NCBI RefSeq assembly: GCF_900107675.1
Contig: NZ_FNRI01000006.1
Location: 161,761-193,760 of the forward strand
Reading direction: 5' to 3'
Origin: Alistipes timonensis JC136
GTDB taxonomy: Bacteria; Bacteroidota; Bacteroidia; Bacteroidales; Rikenellaceae
Length of the DNA: 32,000 bases
Positions 24,746 through 32,000 of this stretch are shown piece after piece. Positions within the stretch are counted from its first letter, which is position 1. Every line of letters starts with the position of its first letter. The position numbers were made by a program, and so were the translations under genes. The notes beneath the pieces are model-generated. The model was not told where the DNA came from and ran no database searches. It saw only the letters and a program-made list of their open reading frames with translations.

Positions 24746-24905
24746 GGTCTAAAGACTGGAAGTGCCGATTAGGAGCTGTGTCCGGTTTTTGGAAGAAAAT
24801 GCTCCCGGGGCGAAGGACGCCTGAATACGGGGGCATTGGCGGGATAGAAGGCCCGCGATTTTGGGGAGCGTAACCCATTACACTTCAACTAATTTGGATT
24901 TTACG

Positions 24906-27900
24906 ATGTCCGCAGCAAAAACACAACAGAGAATTAGCTTTTCGACAGTCATAAACCGGGTTCCCTATCCGGATTTGCTGGAGATACAGCTTAAATCATT
25001 CCGGGACTTTTTCCAGATGGATACTACGGCCGAAAACCGTAAGAACGAGGGCCTTTACAAGGTCTTTCAGGAAAATTTCCCCATCACGGATACCCGGAAC
25101 AACTTCGTTCTGGAGTTCATCGACTACTATATCGACCCGCCCCGCTACTCGATTGAGGAGTGTCTGGAGCGCGGTCTGACGTACAGCGTCCCGCTGAAAG
25201 CAAAGCTGAAACTTTACTGCACGGACGACGAGCACGAAGATTTCGGCGTGGTCGTCCAGGACGTTTACTTCGGTACGATTCCCTATATGACCGAGCGTGG
25301 AACGTTCGTCATCAATGGCGCGGAACGTGTCATCGTATCCCAGCTGCACCGCTCGCCGGGCGTGTTCTTCGGACAGAGCATGCACACCAACGGCACCAAG
25401 CTCTACTCGGCGCGAATCATTCCGTTCAAAGGTTCGTGGATCGAGTTCGCTACGGACATCAACAACGTGATGTACGCCTACATCGACCGTAAGAAGAAGC
25501 TGCCCGTCACCACGCTGCTGCGTGCCATCGGTTACGAGGCGGACCAGCAGATTCTCGAGATCTTCGACCTGGCGGACGAGGTGAAGGTCAACAAGGCCAA
25601 CCTCAAGAAAGCCGTAGGCCGCAAGCTGGCTGCGAGGGTGCTCTCGACGTGGGTCGAGGACTTCGTGGACGAGGATACGGGCGAGGTGGTTTCCATCGAA
25701 CGAAACAACGTCATCGTGGACCGCGAAACGGTCCTCGAGGAGAACCATATTGACGAGATTCTCGAGAGCGGCGCCAAGACGATCCTCCTGCATAAGGAGA
25801 ATCTCTCGGGCATCGATTTCTCGATCATTTACAATACCCTGCAGAAAGACCCCTGCAACTCCGAGAAGGAGGCCGTGGTCTACATCTACAGGCAGCTGCG
25901 CGCTTCGGAGCCGCCCGATGAGGCGACGGCGCGCGACGTTATCGAGAAGCTTTTCTTCTCGGACAAACGCTACGACCTGGGCGACGTGGGCCGTTACCGC
26001 ATCAACAAGAAGCTGGATCTGGACATCGATCCGGCTATCCGCACGTTGACGCGCGAGGACATCATCGCCATCATCAAATACCTGATCCAGCTCATTAACT
26101 CGAAGGCCGACGTCGACGATATCGACCACCTGTCGAACCGCCGTGTCCGCACGGTGGGCGAGCAGCTGTCGAATCAGTTCTCGGTAGGTTTCGTGCGCAT
26201 GGCGCGTACGATCCGCGAGCGCATGAACGTGCGTGACAATGAGGTGTTTACGCCGGTGGACCTGATCAACGCAAAGACCCTTTCGTCGGTGATCAATTCG
26301 TTCTTCGGAACCTCGCAGCTCTCGCAGTTCATGGACCAGATCAACCCGCTGGCCGAGATCACGCACAAGCGCCGTCTGTCGGCCCTCGGTCCGGGCGGTC
26401 TGTCGCGTGACCGCGCCGGTTTCGAGGTGCGCGACGTGCACTATACGCACTACGGACGTCTCTGCCCGATCGAGTCGCCGGAAGGCCCGAACATCGGTCT
26501 GATCTCGTCGCTGTGCGTCTATGCGAAGATCTCTCCGATGGGATTCATCGAGACGCCGTATCGCCGTGTCGAGAACGGCAAGGTCGATATGGACAACTCG
26601 CATATCCGCTACTACTCGGCCGAAGAGGAGGAGGACCTGGTGGCCGCACAGGCCAACACCCCGATCGACGAGGAGGGCAACTTCCTGGAGCCCGACCGCA
26701 TCAAGGCGCGTGAAGGCGCCGATTTCCCGGTGGTTACCGCCAGCGAGGTGGACCTGATGGACGTGGCTCCGAACCAGATCGCTTCGATCGCCGCGAGCCT
26801 CATCCCGTTCCTCGAGCACGACGACGCCAACCGTGCGCTGATGGGCTCGAACATGATGCGCCAGGCCGTGCCCCTGGTGACTTCGGAGGCCCCGATCGTC
26901 GGCACGGGTATCGAGAAGGACATGATCACCGACAGCCGCATCCAGATCGTGGCTGAGGGCGACGGCGAGGTTACTTTCGCCGACGCGACGAAGATTCAGA
27001 TCAAATACGAGCGCACGGAGGATGAGATTCTCGCTTCGTTCGCTCCCGAAATTACGACTTACGAGTTGCCGCGCTACCGCCGGACGAACCAGAACACCTC
27101 GGTGACGCTGAAACCCGCGGTGCTGACGGGCGACAAGGTCGTGAAGGGCCAAATTCTGACCGAGGGTTACTCGACGCAGCACGGTGAGCTGGCCCTGGGC
27201 CGCAACCTGAAGGTGGCGTTCATGCCCTGGAAGGGTTACAACTTCGAGGACGCCATCGTGATCTCGGAGCGCATCCAGCGTGAGGATATCTTCACCTCGG
27301 TGCATGTCGACGAGTACATCATGGAGGTTCGCGACACCAAGCGCGGTGTCGAGGAGCTCACGTCGGATATTCCCAACGTCTCGGAGGACGCCACGAAGGA
27401 CCTCGACGCCAACGGTATCGTCCGTATCGGCGCCAACATCCACCCGGGCGACATCCTGATCGGTAAGATCACCCCGAAGGGCGAGAGCGATCCTTCGCCC
27501 GAGGAGAAGCTGCTCCGTGCGATCTTCGGCGACAAGGCCGGCGACGTGAAGGACGCTTCGCTGAAGGCCCAGCCGTCGCTGCACGGCGTGGTGATCGACA
27601 CCAAGCTTTACAGCCGCGCCAACAAGGAGGGCAAGAAGGGCAAGAGCGCCGAGAAGGCGCAGCTCGACAAGCTCGACGAGAAGTTCGCTGCCGAGATCGC
27701 GGAGCTCACGAAGCGGCTGGTCACGAAGTTGTGGACCCTGCTTCAGGGCAAGGCCACGACGGGCATCACCGATTACTTCGGTGTGGAACTGTACCCCGCG
27801 GGTACGAAGTTCTCGCAGAAATTGCTGGAGGAGATCGCCCGCAAGTCGACGGACGAAAAGACCGGCGTGGTGATGGGTTATCTCAATCTCGGCTCGTGCA

Positions 27901-28766
27901 ACTGGACGGGCGACGCGCACACCGATGCGCTGATCGAGGCTACCGTCAACAACTACACCATCGAGTGGAAGAAGGCCGATGCCGCCATCAAGCGTGAGAA
28001 GTACAACATCACCAATGGCGACGAGCTTCCGCAGACGGGCGTTATCCAGATGGCCAAGGTCTACATCGCCAAGAAGCGTAAGCTGAAGGTGGGCGACAAG
28101 ATGGCCGGACGCCACGGTAACAAGGGTATCGTAGCGCGTATCGTGCGCGACGAGGATATGCCGTTCCTCGAGGACGGAACCATCGTCGACATCTGCCTGA
28201 ACCCGCTGGGTGTGCCTTCGCGAATGAACCTCGGCCAGATTTACGAGACCGTGCTCGGATGGGCCGGCCGCGAGCTGGGTATGAAGTTCGCAACGCCGAT
28301 TTTCGACGGCGCTTCGCTCGACCAGATCAACGAGTACACGGCGCAGGCAGGCATTCCGCACAGCGGACGCACGTACCTCTACGACGGCGGTACGGGCGAG
28401 ATGTTCGACCAGCCGGCCACGGTGGGCGTGATCTACATGCTCAAGCTGGGCCACATGATCGACGACAAGATGCACGCGCGTTCGATCGGTCCCTACTCGC
28501 TCATTACCCAGCAGCCGCTCGGCGGTAAGGCGCAGTTCGGCGGTCAGCGTTTCGGTGAGATGGAGGTTTGGGCGCTCGAAGGCTTCGGCGCCGCCAACAT
28601 CCTGCAGGAGATTCTGACGATCAAGTCCGACGATGTGATGGGCCGTGCCAAGGCGTACGAGGCCATCGTCAAGGGCGAGAACCTGCCCAAGCCGGGTATT
28701 CCCGAGGCTATGAACGTGCTGCTGCACGAGCTGCGCGGCCTGGCCCTGTCGGTGAAACTCGAGTAA
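24906..28766 (+). CDS. rpoB: DNA-directed RNA polymerase subunit beta
   Basis: The track ORF starts at a non-ATG codon at 24861. The ATG at 24906 ([15 protein letters not shown]) gives 1286 aa. Conserved beta-subunit blocks run throughout ([55 protein letters not shown]). Confidence 0.98.
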   Translation: MSAAKTQQRISFSTVINRVPYPDLLEIQLKSFRDFFQMDTTAENRKNEGLYKVFQENFPITDTRNNFVLEFIDYYIDPPRYSIEECLERGLTYSVPLKAKLKLYCTDDEHEDFGVVVQDVYFGTIPYMTERGTFVINGAERVIVSQLHRSPGVFFGQSMHTNGTKLYSARIIPFKGSWIEFATDINNVMYAYIDRKKKLPVTTLLRAIGYEADQQILEIFDLADEVKVNKANLKKAVGRKLAARVLSTWVEDFVDEDTGEVVSIERNNVIVDRETVLEENHIDEILESGAKTILLHKENLSGIDFSIIYNTLQKDPCNSEKEAVVYIYRQLRASEPPDEATARDVIEKLFFSDKRYDLGDVGRYRINKKLDLDIDPAIRTLTREDIIAIIKYLIQLINSKADVDDIDHLSNRRVRTVGEQLSNQFSVGFVRMARTIRERMNVRDNEVFTPVDLINAKTLSSVINSFFGTSQLSQFMDQINPLAEITHKRRLSALGPGGLSRDRAGFEVRDVHYTHYGRLCPIESPEGPNIGLISSLCVYAKISPMGFIETPYRRVENGKVDMDNSHIRYYSAEEEEDLVAAQANTPIDEEGNFLEPDRIKAREGADFPVVTASEVDLMDVAPNQIASIAASLIPFLEHDDANRALMGSNMMRQAVPLVTSEAPIVGTGIEKDMITDSRIQIVAEGDGEVTFADATKIQIKYERTEDEILASFAPEITTYELPRYRRTNQNTSVTLKPAVLTGDKVVKGQILTEGYSTQHGELALGRNLKVAFMPWKGYNFEDAIVISERIQREDIFTSVHVDEYIMEVRDTKRGVEELTSDIPNVSEDATKDLDANGIVRIGANIHPGDILIGKITPKGESDPSPEEKLLRAIFGDKAGDVKDASLKAQPSLHGVVIDTKLYSRANKEGKKGKSAEKAQLDKLDEKFAAEIAELTKRLVTKLWTLLQGKATTGITDYFGVELYPAGTKFSQKLLEEIARKSTDEKTGVVMGYLNLGSCNWTGDAHTDALIEATVNNYTIEWKKADAAIKREKYNITNGDELPQTGVIQMAKVYIAKKRKLKVGDKMAGRHGNKGIVARIVRDEDMPFLEDGTIVDICLNPLGVPSRMNLGQIYETVLGWAGRELGMKFATPIFDGASLDQINEYTAQAGIPHSGRTYLYDGGTGEMFDQPATVGVIYMLKLGHMIDDKMHARSIGPYSLITQQPLGGKAQFGGQRFGEMEVWALEGFGAANILQEILTIKSDDVMGRAKAYEAIVKGENLPKPGIPEAMNVLLHELRGLALSVKLE

Positions 28767-28801
28767 GGTGTATTTAACGAGGAAAAGAAAAACGAGAAAA
28801 T

Positions 28802-32000
<3,199 letters not shown>

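Overview
This is a high-GC Bacteroidota chromosome segment. The evidence is a SusC/SusD pair, many lipoprotein signal peptides and TAnnTTTG -7 promoter boxes. Composition and gene content fit Alistipes/Rikenellaceae, but that assignment is inference only. Positions 1-16266 form a polysaccharide-utilisation-type locus (PUL). On the minus strand are a GH20 beta-N-acetylhexosaminidase (open at the window edge, so absent from the ORF track) and an N-acylglucosamine 2-epimerase. Diverging on the plus strand are a NAGPA-like phosphodiester glycosidase, a DUF4855-like lipoprotein, a GDPD phosphodiesterase, an unknown 499-aa lipoprotein, SusC, SusD, a GH89 alpha-N-acetylglucosaminidase and a CE7-type esterase. 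The phosphodiester glycosidase gene has its lipoprotein signal peptide frame-shifted away from its catalytic body by a C10 homopolymer. Positions 16300-32000 are core housekeeping: tRNA(CAT), L31 type B, a coiled-coil lipoprotein, an AraC regulator, a GNAT acetyltransferase, then tRNA-Thr/Tyr/Gly-tuf-tRNA-Trp-secE-nusG-rplKAJL-rpoB-rpoC (rpoC runs off the window). I saw no CRISPR array, transposase, integrase or defence-type genes. The most interesting item is the enzyme combination of the PUL: two phosphodiester-directed enzymes plus alpha- and beta-HexNAc-ases, a HexNAc epimerase and an esterase. This suggests a HexNAc-phosphodiester glycan substrate such as a teichoic-acid-like or HexNAc-1-phosphate polymer; this is a hypothesis, not a demonstrated function. 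Many very long antisense ORFs in the track are high-GC shadow frames and were rejected.
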